Below, in pieces: positions 1 to 10,197 of a stretch of DNA of 64,000 nt. Under the pieces are notes generated by a model. That model searched no databases. It had not been told where the DNA came from and worked only from the letters and a program-made list of their open reading frames with translations. The translations under genes were made by a program, and so were the position numbers. How positions within the stretch are numbered: position 1 is the stretch's first letter; the number at the start of each line of letters is the position of its first letter. The DNA is from Patescibacteria group bacterium (lineage in GTDB: Bacteria; Patescibacteriota; Minisyncoccia; Minisyncoccales; JAHCRE01). Location of the stretch: positions 5,378 through 69,377 of the forward strand of contig JAHCRF010000001.1 in NCBI GenBank assembly GCA_020148055.1. The letters run 5' to 3'.

Positions 1-469
1 AACACCAGAAGACAGACACCAGAAGGCAGCAGCTATGGAGTTCTTGGCTGAGAAAAGAAAACTTACTGACACTGAAAGGCAATATCTTTCTGTTGCCAAG
101 GCTTACGGAGCTGATATGAAGAAAATTTTACAGGCAAGACCAGACTGGGCTCCTTCAACAATAGATCCAAAAACTGGAAGACCAGCAACCATCAGAGGAG
201 TGATGGAAAAAATGGAACCTAGAGAATTTAGAAGAAAAGTTCAAGCAGAAACTCTGAAAAATTTACAATCTTTATACGCTGCTGATTCTCGACAAATAAG
301 GGAAATAGCACTAAGAGGAACTCGAGCTCAAAAAGATGCTCTTCGGGATGTTGTTAGTAGAAGAGGTACTGAGATAGCAGATGAAATTACTCATTTAATC
401 AGAACAGGAAGAAGAAGAGAAGCCAATGCTTTACATGAAAAATTACAACATATAGAATCGATAGTCTAA
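1..469 (+). CDS. hypothetical protein, 5'-truncated (frame is open from the window edge)
   Basis: The frame has no stop from nt 2 to the stop at 467-469. Basic, helical C-terminus with no recognisable motif. Confidence 0.7.
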   Translation, partial: TPEDRHQKAAAMEFLAEKRKLTDTERQYLSVAKAYGADMKKILQARPDWAPSTIDPKTGRPATIRGVMEKMEPREFRRKVQAETLKNLQSLYAADSRQIREIALRGTRAQKDALRDVVSRRGTEIADEITHLIRTGRRREANALHEKLQHIESIV

Positions 470-494
470 ATACTAAATAATTATTAAAATAAAA

Positions 495-950
495 ATGAAA
501 TCTCAATCGAATCAAAATCAGGAAATAGTCTTCAAAAAAGATCCTTCAAAAATCATCTCTGAACTAATGGAAAAATATGGTTTAAGTGAGACAAAAGAAA
601 ATTTCTTGGAAAAAATAAGAAAGGGAGAAACTACCACCAGAAGGAAAATAGCCGAAATTATAAGAGGGGTTATTGATGGAAAAATCTCAACCGAAGATTT
701 GGTTACTACCTTCCAGCAGCACTTAAATGTTTCAAAAGAAACAGCAGAAAAATTAGCTGAAGACATCAAAAGAGAAATTCCGATTTCTGTTAAGAGAGTT
801 TTAAAAGAAGAAATATCTCCTTCTCCTAAAAGAGAAGTTGCTTTACCTAAAAAACCAATAGTCGAACGAACAGAAACGAAGACTCCGACTCCTCCTAAAA
901 AACCACTTTCTCCTTCAAAAAAAGATATCTATCGAGAACCAATCAAATAG
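495..950 (+). CDS. hypothetical protein with Pro/Lys-rich tail ending DxYREPI
   Basis: 151-aa ORF. The C-terminal DIYREPIK resembles a tail motif I recall from Parcubacteria hypotheticals near VirB4 loci. Confidence 0.75.
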   Translation: MKSQSNQNQEIVFKKDPSKIISELMEKYGLSETKENFLEKIRKGETTTRRKIAEIIRGVIDGKISTEDLVTTFQQHLNVSKETAEKLAEDIKREIPISVKRVLKEEISPSPKREVALPKKPIVERTETKTPTPPKKPLSPSKKDIYREPIK

Positions 951-987
951 AAATAAAAAAAGAAGGGTTAAAACTTAATTTTAATTT

Positions 988-2145
988 TTAACCCCTTTTT
1001 TGGATATTTTCAATAATTTTTTTCGAGTCTTCGATTAGTTCTTCACCGCTCATTTCCCTTGACCCCTTCCTTTTTTCTTCTGAGGGCTTCTTTTGTGTCG
1101 GGAGCTTTTTTTCTCTCATCGGCATCCTTTTCCAAGCAGCGATAAGATTTAGTAAGCTTCTCTCCAAGCCTTCAGCTCCTTCTACTCTAATATCAAGGAA
1201 ACTTCGACCGTCAATTGCCATCCTCCTCTGAATCAGATCTTTACTTAATTCTCTGAATTCTTTATTTAACTTTGTAGACCTTTTAATCGTTTCTTGAATA
1301 TCTTTCACTGATTTACCAGTTGCTTTAGCCATCATCTGAATAACTGAACCTATTGTTTCTTCTGCTCTCTGCTCGGCCTCGTAAGGTGCTGCTTCTGCCT
1401 CCAACCTTTCTTTATCTACTCTTGGTAAAGCTTTTTCCAATTCTTTAGGAAGCTTTATTTCCTTGACAATTAACCTTAGATCTTCTTCTCTGAAGCCCGC
1501 CTTTCGCAAAGTGCCATCCTCATCTTTAAAGATCCCTTCTGCTTCCTCTCTCAATTTTGATATATTTTCAGTGGCCTGTTTCCAGGTCATTTTCCCAAAA
1601 GCCACTCTAAGAGCTCCAACCACTGCCTCCTCAGTCCAATCCATTAGTTCTTTATCTTTAATGGGGACATGAGATTTCAAGATCTTGATAAGCCCTGTTT
1701 TTGTCCTAGGAAATCGTAAATAAGCTACCGAATCAACTTTAAGGACCTGAGTCCCATATTGTGTTTTTCCTCGGTATTTCTTTGCCTTTGAAATAATTGT
1801 TCTCTCAGGATACGTCAAGTTATACCACTTTGTAGGGTATATTTTTAAGTAGCATCCTGGCAAGAGCGGTACAAAGTAATAACCGCTCTTGCAAAATCCT
1901 ACTGGTTTTCCAAAGACCACTTTTATTGCTATCTCTGCCGGTCCAACGATTTTTATTGAACAAAGGAACCAAGTTGTCACAATTAGAATAGCTATCCCCG
2001 CAACAGTTATTGCAATAGAGAGGAGCTTTAAAAAAGCAGCCACTGAAAGAGCGATTATCAGTGTCGCTATCATCTTTATCAGCGTCCCTCTACTCCACCG
2101 TCTTTTCGCTTTTTCTTCTCTCTCAATTTTCTTTTTCTCTGCCAT
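988..2145 (-). CDS. SPFH/Band 7 domain membrane protein
   Basis: Two N-terminal TM helices, then SIKIVGPAEIAIKVVFGK...SGYYFVP, GALRVAFGKMT and IVKEIKLP (SPFH-like), followed by a coiled coil. Confidence 0.75.
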   Translation of the reverse strand: MAEKKKIEREEKAKRRWSRGTLIKMIATLIIALSVAAFLKLLSIAITVAGIAILIVTTWFLCSIKIVGPAEIAIKVVFGKPVGFCKSGYYFVPLLPGCYLKIYPTKWYNLTYPERTIISKAKKYRGKTQYGTQVLKVDSVAYLRFPRTKTGLIKILKSHVPIKDKELMDWTEEAVVGALRVAFGKMTWKQATENISKLREEAEGIFKDEDGTLRKAGFREEDLRLIVKEIKLPKELEKALPRVDKERLEAEAAPYEAEQRAEETIGSVIQMMAKATGKSVKDIQETIKRSTKLNKEFRELSKDLIQRRMAIDGRSFLDIRVEGAEGLERSLLNLIAAWKRMPMREKKLPTQKKPSEEKRKGSREMSGEELIEDSKKIIENIQKRG

Positions 2146-2193
2146 TTCTTTTTACCTTCATACATATTTAGTTTTTAAGGTTTCGATGTTTCT

Positions 2194-2222
2194 ATTATAT
2201 TATATTAAAATATTTTTGTCAA
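2194..2222 (-). promoter_or_regulatory. sigma70 promoter of the SPFH gene
   Basis: Perfect TTGACA-N17-TATAAT on the minus strand. Confidence 0.8.
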
Positions 2223-2370
2223 GGGCTACCCTCACCTTACTACTCATTTCTTTTTTATGCTATAATTAATAAATTGAGTTTTTGAAAAGACTTCTACCTA
2301 AAATTATAACAAGATGGTAGAATATATTTAGAAAATCAAAAAATTAACTACACTTTAAGTTATTTATCAT

Positions 2371-2790
2371 ATGGAATTTACTGTTCCCCAATTCATTGAG
2401 GAGGAACCAAAAATAGTCGGGCCCCTCACTTTTAAACAGTTTATTTTCGTTGCCGTAGCTGGAGCTGCTTGTTTTTTTCTTTATTTTTTTATTGGCGAAA
2501 AAAATTTCGCTCTTTTTTTACTAATTACCATAATCTTAATGGGAGGATCCCTGGCTCTTTGCTTTTTGAAAATTAAAGGTTATAGCTTGCCCATGATCAT
2601 AAAAAATTTTTTCACCTATTCAATCTCTGGTAAAGTTTTCCTCTGGAAAAGGAAAATTGTGCCCCCTAAATTTAAAAAGGTTGAAAAATTTGAAAAAGCC
2701 GAGGTCGAAGAAGAAGCTACATTGAAAATGGCTAAAAAAAGTCATTTACAAAGATTATCAACCCAGGTGGAAACCAAAACAATAAAATAA
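2371..2790 (+). CDS. PrgI family membrane protein (T4SS-like)
   Basis: N-terminal FTVPQFIEEEPKIVGPLTFKQF signature, two TM helices, upstream of VirB4. Confidence 0.85.
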   Translation: MEFTVPQFIEEEPKIVGPLTFKQFIFVAVAGAACFFLYFFIGEKNFALFLLITIILMGGSLALCFLKIKGYSLPMIIKNFFTYSISGKVFLWKRKIVPPKFKKVEKFEKAEVEEEATLKMAKKSHLQRLSTQVETKTIK

Positions 2791-2796
2791 AAACCT

Positions 2797-3444
2797 ATGC
2801 CAAGGGCACCTACTCAACAATTTTTAGAAATTAAGCAAATAAGAGAAGGGGTGATTGTTCTGAGAGATAAAACCTTAAGAGGAATTTTGATGCTTTCTTC
2901 TTTAAATTTCGCCTTAAAAGCTGAGGAGGAGCAAACTGCTATTTTATATCAATTTCAGGAGTTTTTGAATTCTTTAGATTTTTCTTGCCAACTTCTTGTC
3001 CAAACCCGGAGATTAAATATTACCGGTTACTTAGATAAATTGAAGGATCTCGAAGAAAAACAGGAAAATGAACTCCTGAAAATTCAGACCAAAGGCTATC
3101 GTGAATTTGTGGCTGGGATGATAAAAGGAGGAACAATAATGACGAAAAGTTTTTTTGTTATTATTCCTTTTTATCCTTCTCCTTTAGAAATCCAAGAATT
3201 TGGCGGCAAAAAAAAGCTTCCCGGAGTACCAAAAACTCCAACTTTAACTGAAGAATCTTTTCAAAGATATAAAAGCCAACTCTGGCAGAGAATGGAATTT
3301 GTTGCCTTGGGATTAAGAAGGTGTGGTCTCCAGGCCATTCCTCTAATTACTCCTGAACTAATTGAGCTTTTCTGGAAATTCTATCATCCAAAAGAAGCAG
3401 AATTTGGTTATTACCCTGAAATTCCCCCAGAATTAGCCCAGTAG
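2797..3444 (+). CDS. VirB4-associated protein (TraC/TrsD-like)
   Basis: TQQFLEIKQIREG...SSLNFALK..EEQ..I...FQ.FLNSLDF, located between PrgI and VirB4. Confidence 0.75.
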   Translation: MPRAPTQQFLEIKQIREGVIVLRDKTLRGILMLSSLNFALKAEEEQTAILYQFQEFLNSLDFSCQLLVQTRRLNITGYLDKLKDLEEKQENELLKIQTKGYREFVAGMIKGGTIMTKSFFVIIPFYPSPLEIQEFGGKKKLPGVPKTPTLTEESFQRYKSQLWQRMEFVALGLRRCGLQAIPLITPELIELFWKFYHPKEAEFGYYPEIPPELAQ

Positions 3445-3466
3445 TAAGCTTACTCTTCTATTAAAT

Positions 3467-5275
3467 TTGCCAAAAAATATGAAAATTCCATTTTTAAAAA
3501 GAAAAAAAGAAATAGAAATTCCCAAGAAAATATTTGAAGCAGAAATCCTCAAAGTAACTGATATTATTGCCCCTTCTTCAATTGAAATTTCTCAGAATTA
3601 TCTAAAATTGGGAGAGAAATTTGCCAGAAGTTATTTTATTTTTTCTTATCCAAGATATTTAAGTGCTGCCTGGCTTTCTCCGGTTATAAATTTAGATATT
3701 CCTCTAGATATTTCCTTTTTTATCCACCCAATTGAAACTGGAACGGTTTTGAAACAATTAGTAAAAAGGGTGACTGAAGTTCAATCAGAAATTATGGAAA
3801 GAGAAGAAAAAGGTCTTGTTCGAGACCCAGTTTTAGAAACTGCTTTCCGGGATTTAGAAGAATTAAGAGACAAGCTTCAGACCGCTCGAGAAAAGATGTT
3901 TAAATTTGGCCTTTATCTTACTGTTTATGTTGATAAAGAAGAAGATTTTAGAGCTATTGAAACTACTCTCCGCTCAATCCTTGAAGCCAGACTAATTTAT
4001 ATAAAACCAGCTCTTTTCCAACAACACGAAGGATTTATCTCCAGTTCTCCTTATTGCTTGGATCGGCTCCTAATCCATACCCCAATGAATACTGAGCCCC
4101 TCTCTTCTATCTTTCCTTTTATCTCTTTTGACTTGAGCTCCAACGAAGGGATTTTATATGGGGTAAACCGTCATAATAATTCTCTAATTTTATTCGATAG
4201 ATTCAGTTTAGAGAATGCGAATGAGGTAGTTTTTGCCAAGGCCGGTAGTGGAAAATCATATGCTGTAAAATTGGAAGTTTTACGATCCTTAATGTTAAAT
4301 GTGGACGTGATAGTTATTGATCCCGAGAATGAATATATGTTTTTATCTGATGCCGTTGGTGGTTCTTTCTTTAAAATTTCTCTAACCTCTCCAAATCATA
4401 TTAACCCTTTTGAATTACCTCCCCCCAGAGAAGATGAAAAACCGGAAGATGTTCTAAGATCGAATACTATAAACTTGGTCGGTTTATTAAGGATTATGTT
4501 AGGGGGGTTAACTCCGGAAGAAGATGCTATTATTGACAGAGCCTTAACTGAAACTTATGCCGCCAAAGACATTACCCCTGAATCTGATCCCGCTCTCTGG
4601 AAAGAAAATCTTCCTCTGATGGAAGATTTAGAAACAGTCCTGGAAACTATGGAGGGAACTGAATCATTAGTGAGAAGGTTGCAGAAATTCACCAAAGGAG
4701 CCTACTCCTCGTTTTTCAACCAACCTTCAAATATCTCAATGGAAAACAACATGGTTATCTTCGGAATAAGAGATATGGAAGAAGAGTTAAGACCAATGGC
4801 CCTTTATATAATTTTGAGATATATTTGGAAGACAGTCAGAGCCACTCTTAAAAAAAGAATTTTGATTGTTGATGAGGCTTGGTGGTTAATGCAATCAGAA
4901 GACGGAGCTTCATTCCTCTATGGAGTTTGTAAGCGAGCAAGGAAATACTGGTTGGGGGTAACAACAATTACCCAGGATATCGGAGATTTTATGAAGTCAT
5001 CCTACGGTCAACCAATCATTACCAACTCTTCTTTACAACTTTTATTAAAGCAATCACCAGCCACAATCGACATCGTCAAAAAAACCTTTCTTTTAACTGA
5101 GCAAGAAAAATATATGTTGTTAGAAGCAGCAGTAGGTGAGGGGTTATTTTTCGCCGGGCAAAAACACGTCGCCATAAAAGTAGTTGCCTCTTATGCTGAA
5201 GACCAGATAATTACCACAGCCCCTGAAGAAGTTTTAAAAATAAGAAAAGCAAAAAAAGAGTTAGCTGAAGAATAA
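3467..5275 (+). CDS. VirB4-like type IV secretion ATPase (start may be ATG 3479)
   Basis: Walker A AKAGSGKS, VIDPENEY, Walker B IVDEAW, RARKY, ITQD. Confidence 0.9.
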   Translation: MPKNMKIPFLKRKKEIEIPKKIFEAEILKVTDIIAPSSIEISQNYLKLGEKFARSYFIFSYPRYLSAAWLSPVINLDIPLDISFFIHPIETGTVLKQLVKRVTEVQSEIMEREEKGLVRDPVLETAFRDLEELRDKLQTAREKMFKFGLYLTVYVDKEEDFRAIETTLRSILEARLIYIKPALFQQHEGFISSSPYCLDRLLIHTPMNTEPLSSIFPFISFDLSSNEGILYGVNRHNNSLILFDRFSLENANEVVFAKAGSGKSYAVKLEVLRSLMLNVDVIVIDPENEYMFLSDAVGGSFFKISLTSPNHINPFELPPPREDEKPEDVLRSNTINLVGLLRIMLGGLTPEEDAIIDRALTETYAAKDITPESDPALWKENLPLMEDLETVLETMEGTESLVRRLQKFTKGAYSSFFNQPSNISMENNMVIFGIRDMEEELRPMALYIILRYIWKTVRATLKKRILIVDEAWWLMQSEDGASFLYGVCKRARKYWLGVTTITQDIGDFMKSSYGQPIITNSSLQLLLKQSPATIDIVKKTFLLTEQEKYMLLEAAVGEGLFFAGQKHVAIKVVASYAEDQIITTAPEEVLKIRKAKKELAEE

Positions 5276-5296
5276 ACTCTGATATCTTTTTAATGA

Positions 5297-5324
5297 AAAA
5301 ACCCTGTTATTAAAACAGGGTTTT
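5297..5324. terminator. bidirectional intrinsic terminator
   Basis: AAAACCCTGTT-ATTA-AACAGGGTTTT type hairpin between the convergent virB4 and jag genes. Confidence 0.8.
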
Positions 5325-5360
5325 AAAGTGTTATTTCTAAAACTTAAATTTTGTCAAGTT

Positions 5361-5822
5361 TTAAGGATAGGGTTTAATTATCACTCTTCTTTCTGGTTCT
5401 TGACCAATGCTTTCGGTGGTAACATCTTGACGATCAGCTATTTCCAAATGAATAATCCTTCTTTCATAAGCTGGCATCGGCGATAGAATCTTTTCTCTTT
5501 TTGTCAAAGCGACCTCATCAGCAACTGAATGAGCCGTTTCTTTTAGATATTCAATTTTTCTCTTTTTATAATCATTGATATCCAAATCGATAAAGAAAAT
5601 TTCTTCAATCTTCCTTCTCAAGATTGCCTTCAGAAGACGTTGGATCTCCAAGAGAGTCTGTCCTCCTTCCCCGATCAGAATCTGAGGTTTTTCCATTTTC
5701 AAATTTATAGATAAAGTTTTTTCTTTCTGAAATAAAGGTTTAATTTCAACATCAATTGTCATTTTTTTAAAAAATTCCTCAACAATTTTGTTAACTGTAT
5801 CTAAATTAGATTGAGTAAGCAT
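5361..5822 (-). CDS. jag: Jag/EloR/KhpB RNA-binding protein (KH + R3H; no N-terminal Jag domain)
   Basis: LIGEGGQTL (KH) and ERRIIH (R3H); syntenic with yidC. Confidence 0.9.
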   Translation of the reverse strand: MLTQSNLDTVNKIVEEFFKKMTIDVEIKPLFQKEKTLSINLKMEKPQILIGEGGQTLLEIQRLLKAILRRKIEEIFFIDLDINDYKKRKIEYLKETAHSVADEVALTKREKILSPMPAYERRIIHLEIADRQDVTTESIGQEPERRVIIKPYP

Positions 5823-5847
5823 AAGATTTTATTTTCCTTATTCTTTA

Positions 5848-6588
5848 TTATTTATCTGCGGGTTCTGTCGCCAGAGCAGGCTTCCTAAAAATAAAATATT
5901 GCTGAATAATTGAAAAGGTTGTTGTCACTATCCAATAAAGTCCAATAGCTGAAGGTAATTTTAATAAGATGAAAAAAGTGAAGATAGGAAAAACATAGAG
6001 GGTCTGTTTTTGGAGAATCTTTGAAAATTGGCCTATTCTATCCTCCATTTTAATTTCTTGAACTTTTGGGGTAATCATTTTTGTCTGGATAAATTGAAAA
6101 ATGCCAGCGAGAATTGCTAAAATGAGCGAGGGTTGACCAAGATTCATTATTCCAAGAAAAGTGGGGTTGATTTGTCCGGGCTTAGGAACAAAATAATAAA
6201 GATTAATCATTTCTCCAGGAACCAATCCTTTACGAAATACTTGGTAGAGGGCGATTAAAATCGGGAGTTGAATTAACAAAGGTAGACAACCGGAGAAGGG
6301 ATTAATTTTTTCTTTCTGATAAAGTTCCATCATTGCCCGAGTCTGCTTTTCTTTATTGTCTTTGTATTTTTTCTGAATTTCCCGAATTTTTGGTTGGAGC
6401 TCCTGTAAAACTTTCTGAGATTTGATTGCCTTAATTCCTAAAGGATAAAATAAAATTCTGATTAAAATTGTCAAAAGAATTATTGCTATTCCGAAGTCTT
6501 GACCAGGTAAATATTGATAAAACAAAATCAGAATATTGAATAATGGCTTGTATAAAATTAGATTGAAAAGATTAATAAAAAATTCCAT
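5848..6588 (-). CDS. yidC: membrane protein insertase YidC
   Basis: GIAIILLTILIR, GCLPLLIQLPIL, PSAIGLYW. Confidence 0.95.
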   Translation of the reverse strand: MEFFINLFNLILYKPLFNILILFYQYLPGQDFGIAIILLTILIRILFYPLGIKAIKSQKVLQELQPKIREIQKKYKDNKEKQTRAMMELYQKEKINPFSGCLPLLIQLPILIALYQVFRKGLVPGEMINLYYFVPKPGQINPTFLGIMNLGQPSLILAILAGIFQFIQTKMITPKVQEIKMEDRIGQFSKILQKQTLYVFPIFTFFILLKLPSAIGLYWIVTTTFSIIQQYFIFRKPALATEPADK

Positions 6589-6592
6589 AATT

Positions 6593-6802
6593 TTAAGGTA
6601 AATCTATCCCTCCCTGATGCCAAGGATGGCACCTTAATATTCTTTTCATCCCGAGAAACAAACCCATAAATAAACCATATTTTTTGATTGCCAAATAGGA
6701 ATATTGGGAACAGCTTGGATAAAATCGGCAAGTTCTTCCAAAAGCTTGAGAAATAAATTTTTGATAAAATTTTATTAAATTAAGAATTAAAATCTTTAAC
6801 AT
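6593..6802 (-). CDS. yidD: membrane protein insertion efficiency factor
   Basis: [10 protein letters not shown] and [11 protein letters not shown] motifs. Confidence 0.95.
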   Translation of the reverse strand: MLKILILNLIKFYQKFISQAFGRTCRFYPSCSQYSYLAIKKYGLFMGLFLGMKRILRCHPWHQGGIDLP

Positions 6803-6803
6803 T

Positions 6804-7142
6804 CTAAATTATTTTTGCCTTACTAAAAAGTTTACTTATTACCTCTTCAATATCCCAAAAATCTTTATTTTCCAAACCCGGCTGAGCAATTAAAATAACA
6901 TCGAATCCTTTTTTAATCTTTTTCAACTTTATCCGGACTAACTCCCTCAATCTTCTTTTAATTTTATTGCGCAAGCTTGCTTTTTTTGAAATTTTTCCCC
7001 CGACAATAAAACCGAAACGATTCTGTTTTAAATTATTTCTAATCATCTTTAAAACTAAAAAATCTTCTTTAAATCCCTTCCCTTTTTTAAAAATCAATTC
7101 AAAATCTTTCTTCTTTTTAAGCCGATTTATTTTTACTAACAT
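6804..7142 (-). CDS. rnpA: ribonuclease P protein component
   Basis: [26 protein letters not shown] (RNR motif); synteny with rpmH. Confidence 0.93.
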   Translation of the reverse strand: MLVKINRLKKKKDFELIFKKGKGFKEDFLVLKMIRNNLKQNRFGFIVGGKISKKASLRNKIKRRLRELVRIKLKKIKKGFDVILIAQPGLENKDFWDIEEVISKLFSKAKII

Positions 7143-7152
7143 CTTTAAAAAC

Positions 7153-7287
7153 TTAAACGGTTAACCTCCGTCTACCTTTTCTTCTCCGCTTAGATAAAAT
7201 TCTTCTTCCTCCTTTTTTTTTCATTCTTCTTCTAAAACCATGGGTTCTTTCTCTTTTCTTTTTCTTAGGACGATAGGTGATTGACAT
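7153..7287 (-). CDS. rpmH: 50S ribosomal protein L34 (missing from the ORF track)
   Basis: Manual translation: [44 protein letters not shown]. Confidence 0.95.
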   Translation of the reverse strand: MSITYRPKKKKRERTHGFRRRMKKKGGRRILSKRRRKGRRRLTV

Positions 7288-7588
7288 AATTTAGATTTTA
7301 GATGTTAGATTTATAGATATTAGATAGTAGTTTTTTAAGATTAGCAAAAAATATTTTTAAAGTCAATTTTCAATTCTCTTTATAAAATCTAAGATCCAAT
7401 GCCTAGTATCCAAATTTCACAATCTCTCCCCAGTTTATCAACAGATCTTCTTTTTTTTATTGAATTCTCTCCTCGTTTGACATATGGTATGATTAGATAA
7501 TAGATACTGGGTATTGGAAATAAAAAGACAAGCTAAATAGTAAATTTCGCTCACTAATATCTAATACCTAAAATCCAAAATTTAACTT
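7288..7588. promoter_or_regulatory. rpmH-dnaA intergenic region, probable part of oriC
   Basis: DnaA-box-like TTATCAACA at 7435-7443; AT-rich; degenerate heptamer repeats. Confidence 0.55.
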
Positions 7589-8938
7589 ATGAATCACGAA
7601 GAACTCTGGCAGGCAGTCCTTGCCCAAATTCAATTAAATATTTCCCAAGCTAATTTTGCCACCTGGTTTAAGAACACCAGAATCCTTGGTAAAAAAGAAG
7701 AAAAGGTGGTAATCTCTGTTCCCAATTCTTTTGCCAAAGAGTGGCTCGAAAATAAATATAATAAGTTAATTTTCAAAATTTTACATAGTTTAGACGAAGG
7801 AATTAAAGGAGTAAGATATGAAATAGGTAAAACCGGCCTAAAGGTTTTTAAAAAATCTCCACTGCCTATTTCAGAAACCGAACAGCTTGAGTTTCCAGAA
7901 TTTAAAATTGATAAAGAAACCAATCTCAATCCTCGTTATGCTTTTGAAAATTTTGTAATAGGCCCTTTTAACGAACTCCCTCAAGCAGCTGCCTGGGCAG
8001 TGACAAAAAATCCTGGGTCTATCTACAATCCATTATTTATTTATGGAGGGGTTGGTCTGGGTAAAACCCATTTACTTCAAGCCATCGGTAATGAAATCGT
8101 TAAAAATTTTCCTAAGAAAAAGATAAGATATATTCCCTGTGAAAAATTCACCTCAGGAATCATAAACTCAATCAGAAATCATAGTATTGAAAGTTTCAAG
8201 TCAAAATATCGAGCAATTGACATTTTAATTATTGACGATGTCCAATTTCTGGCTGGGAAAGAAAAAACTCAGGAAGAGTTCTTTCACATCTTTAACACTT
8301 TATATGAAAGAGATAAACAGATAATCCTTTCTTCTGATCGATCGCCAAAAGCCATTCCAGCTTTGACCGAGAGATTGAGATCTCGTTTTGAAGGAGGAAT
8401 GATCGCTGATATATCTTTGCCTGACCTTGAAACAAGAATAGCTATTCTTAAAACTAAAGCCCAAGAAAAAAGAATCAATTTCCCCAGTGAAGTTTTTTCT
8501 TATATCGCCACAAAAATCCAAAAAAATATTAGGGAACTAGAAGGAGCTTTAAATAGATTAATAGCCTACCAGAAACTAAAAAAACAAGTTCCTGATGTTG
8601 AAACCACTAAAAACCTTTTAAAGAAGATAATCATTTCTCCAGTTAAAATAACCACTCCAAAAAAAATAATCCAGGGGGTAGCTGAGTTTTACGATCTCAA
8701 GGAAAAAGATCTTCAAAGCTCTTCTCGAAAAAAAGAAATCGTTAAACCCCGTCAGGTAGCAATGTATTTATTAAGAGAGATATTAAAATGTTCTTATCCT
8801 TTTATCGGTAGAAAATTTGGAGGGAGAGATCACACCACCGCTATCCATGCTTACGGAAAAATCCTTAAAGAGTTAGAAAAGGATGAAAATCTGAAAGAGG
8901 AAATCAACTTAATAAAACAGAGAATATCAAGTGTCTAA
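7589..8938 (+). CDS. dnaA: chromosomal replication initiator DnaA
   Basis: YNPLFIYGGVGLGKTHL, IDDVQF, RLRSRFEGG, GGRDHTT. Confidence 0.98.
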   Translation: MNHEELWQAVLAQIQLNISQANFATWFKNTRILGKKEEKVVISVPNSFAKEWLENKYNKLIFKILHSLDEGIKGVRYEIGKTGLKVFKKSPLPISETEQLEFPEFKIDKETNLNPRYAFENFVIGPFNELPQAAAWAVTKNPGSIYNPLFIYGGVGLGKTHLLQAIGNEIVKNFPKKKIRYIPCEKFTSGIINSIRNHSIESFKSKYRAIDILIIDDVQFLAGKEKTQEEFFHIFNTLYERDKQIILSSDRSPKAIPALTERLRSRFEGGMIADISLPDLETRIAILKTKAQEKRINFPSEVFSYIATKIQKNIRELEGALNRLIAYQKLKKQVPDVETTKNLLKKIIISPVKITTPKKIIQGVAEFYDLKEKDLQSSSRKKEIVKPRQVAMYLLREILKCSYPFIGRKFGGRDHTTAIHAYGKILKELEKDENLKEEINLIKQRISSV

Positions 8939-9062
8939 ATTATAGAAAAGAAAAGAATAAATCTTTAACTAAAAATTATTCCCAATTTTTCAACAGTTCC
9001 TCCTATAAATAAAACCAAGTCTATTTATATTTAAAAAAAATTTATCCCCAAAACCAACAATA
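8939..9062. promoter_or_regulatory. dnaA-dnaN intergenic region, probable oriC part
   Basis: TTTTCAACA (8987-8995) and TTATCCCCA (9042-9050) DnaA-box variants in an AT-rich spacer. Confidence 0.55.
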
Positions 9063-10193
9063 ATGAAATTAAAAATATTACAAAGTAAATTAAAAAAGGG
9101 ACTTAATATTGTTGAAAGGGTTTCTATAAAATCTTTAACTTTACCGATTCTTAATAATATCTTAATTAAAGCTGAAAAAAATTTTTTAAATCTTTCATCT
9201 ACTGACTTAGAAATAGGAATTAAATGGTGGGGTCTAGCAAAAATTGAAAAAGAGGGAGCAATTGTTATTCCGGCTAAAGTTTTTTCGAATTTTGTCGGAT
9301 TTTTACCTGAAGAACCAATAAATTTAAAAATTGAAAATCAAACTTTAATTATTGAATCAGAAAAATATAGTACCCAAATCAAAGGTTTTAATCCTGAAGA
9401 GTTTCCTATTATTCCACAAATTACCACAGGGGAATCTATTATTATTAATAGTCTCTCCTTTTGTCAGGGTTTAAATCAAGTTGTTCAAATACCTATTCTT
9501 TCTTCAGCTAGACCGGAAATCTCAGGAATTTATTTCTCATTTCAAAAAGATTTGATAAAAATAGTAGCTACTGATAGTTTTCGTTTAGGAGAAAAAAGAC
9601 TTTTTTTAAAAGAAGCCCTTCCTCTCCATCAAGAGTATTCCTTGATCTTACCTCAAAAAGCGGCTAAAGAAATAATCAATATTTTTAGCGAAAAAGAAGG
9701 GAAAATTAAAATTTACTTTTCAACTAATCAGATTTTATTTGAATCCTCTATAAGAGAGACCCCCCACCCTAAAATTCAACTCATCTCCAGATTAATTGAG
9801 GGTGAATATCCAGATTACCAAGCTATTTTTCCTAAAAAATCTGAAACCCAAATTATTCTGAAAAAAAATGAACTTTTAAATCAACTAAGAACAGCTAGCC
9901 TTTTTGCCTCTAAAATGAATGAGGTAAAATTAAAAACGGATATTAAAAAAGGAGAAATTGAAATTTTTAGTCAGAATCCTGATTTAGGAGAATATCATTC
10001 CTTTCTTTCTGGAAAAATAAACGGGAAAGAGGTGGAAGTCTCTTTTAATTATCGATTCTTAATTGATGGTCTTTTAAATATAAAAAGCTCAGAGGTGATT
10101 TTTGAGTTGAATGGAGAAGAAGGGCCATCCGTTTTAAAACCAGTTGCTGATCCAAGTTATGTTTATCTGGTTATGCCTATTAAGCCAAGTTAG
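9063..10193 (+). CDS. dnaN: DNA polymerase III beta clamp
   Basis: STDLEIG, VATDSFRL, SRLIEGEYPDY, LVMPI. Confidence 0.97.
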   Translation: MKLKILQSKLKKGLNIVERVSIKSLTLPILNNILIKAEKNFLNLSSTDLEIGIKWWGLAKIEKEGAIVIPAKVFSNFVGFLPEEPINLKIENQTLIIESEKYSTQIKGFNPEEFPIIPQITTGESIIINSLSFCQGLNQVVQIPILSSARPEISGIYFSFQKDLIKIVATDSFRLGEKRLFLKEALPLHQEYSLILPQKAAKEIINIFSEKEGKIKIYFSTNQILFESSIRETPHPKIQLISRLIEGEYPDYQAIFPKKSETQIILKKNELLNQLRTASLFASKMNEVKLKTDIKKGEIEIFSQNPDLGEYHSFLSGKINGKEVEVSFNYRFLIDGLLNIKSSEVIFELNGEEGPSVLKPVADPSYVYLVMPIKPS

Positions 10194-10197
10194 CTAA

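Noticed and set aside
2371-5275. Integrative conjugative element
   Set aside because: No relaxase, integrase or att-like boundaries are visible; composition matches the core genes and the module abuts the origin cluster.
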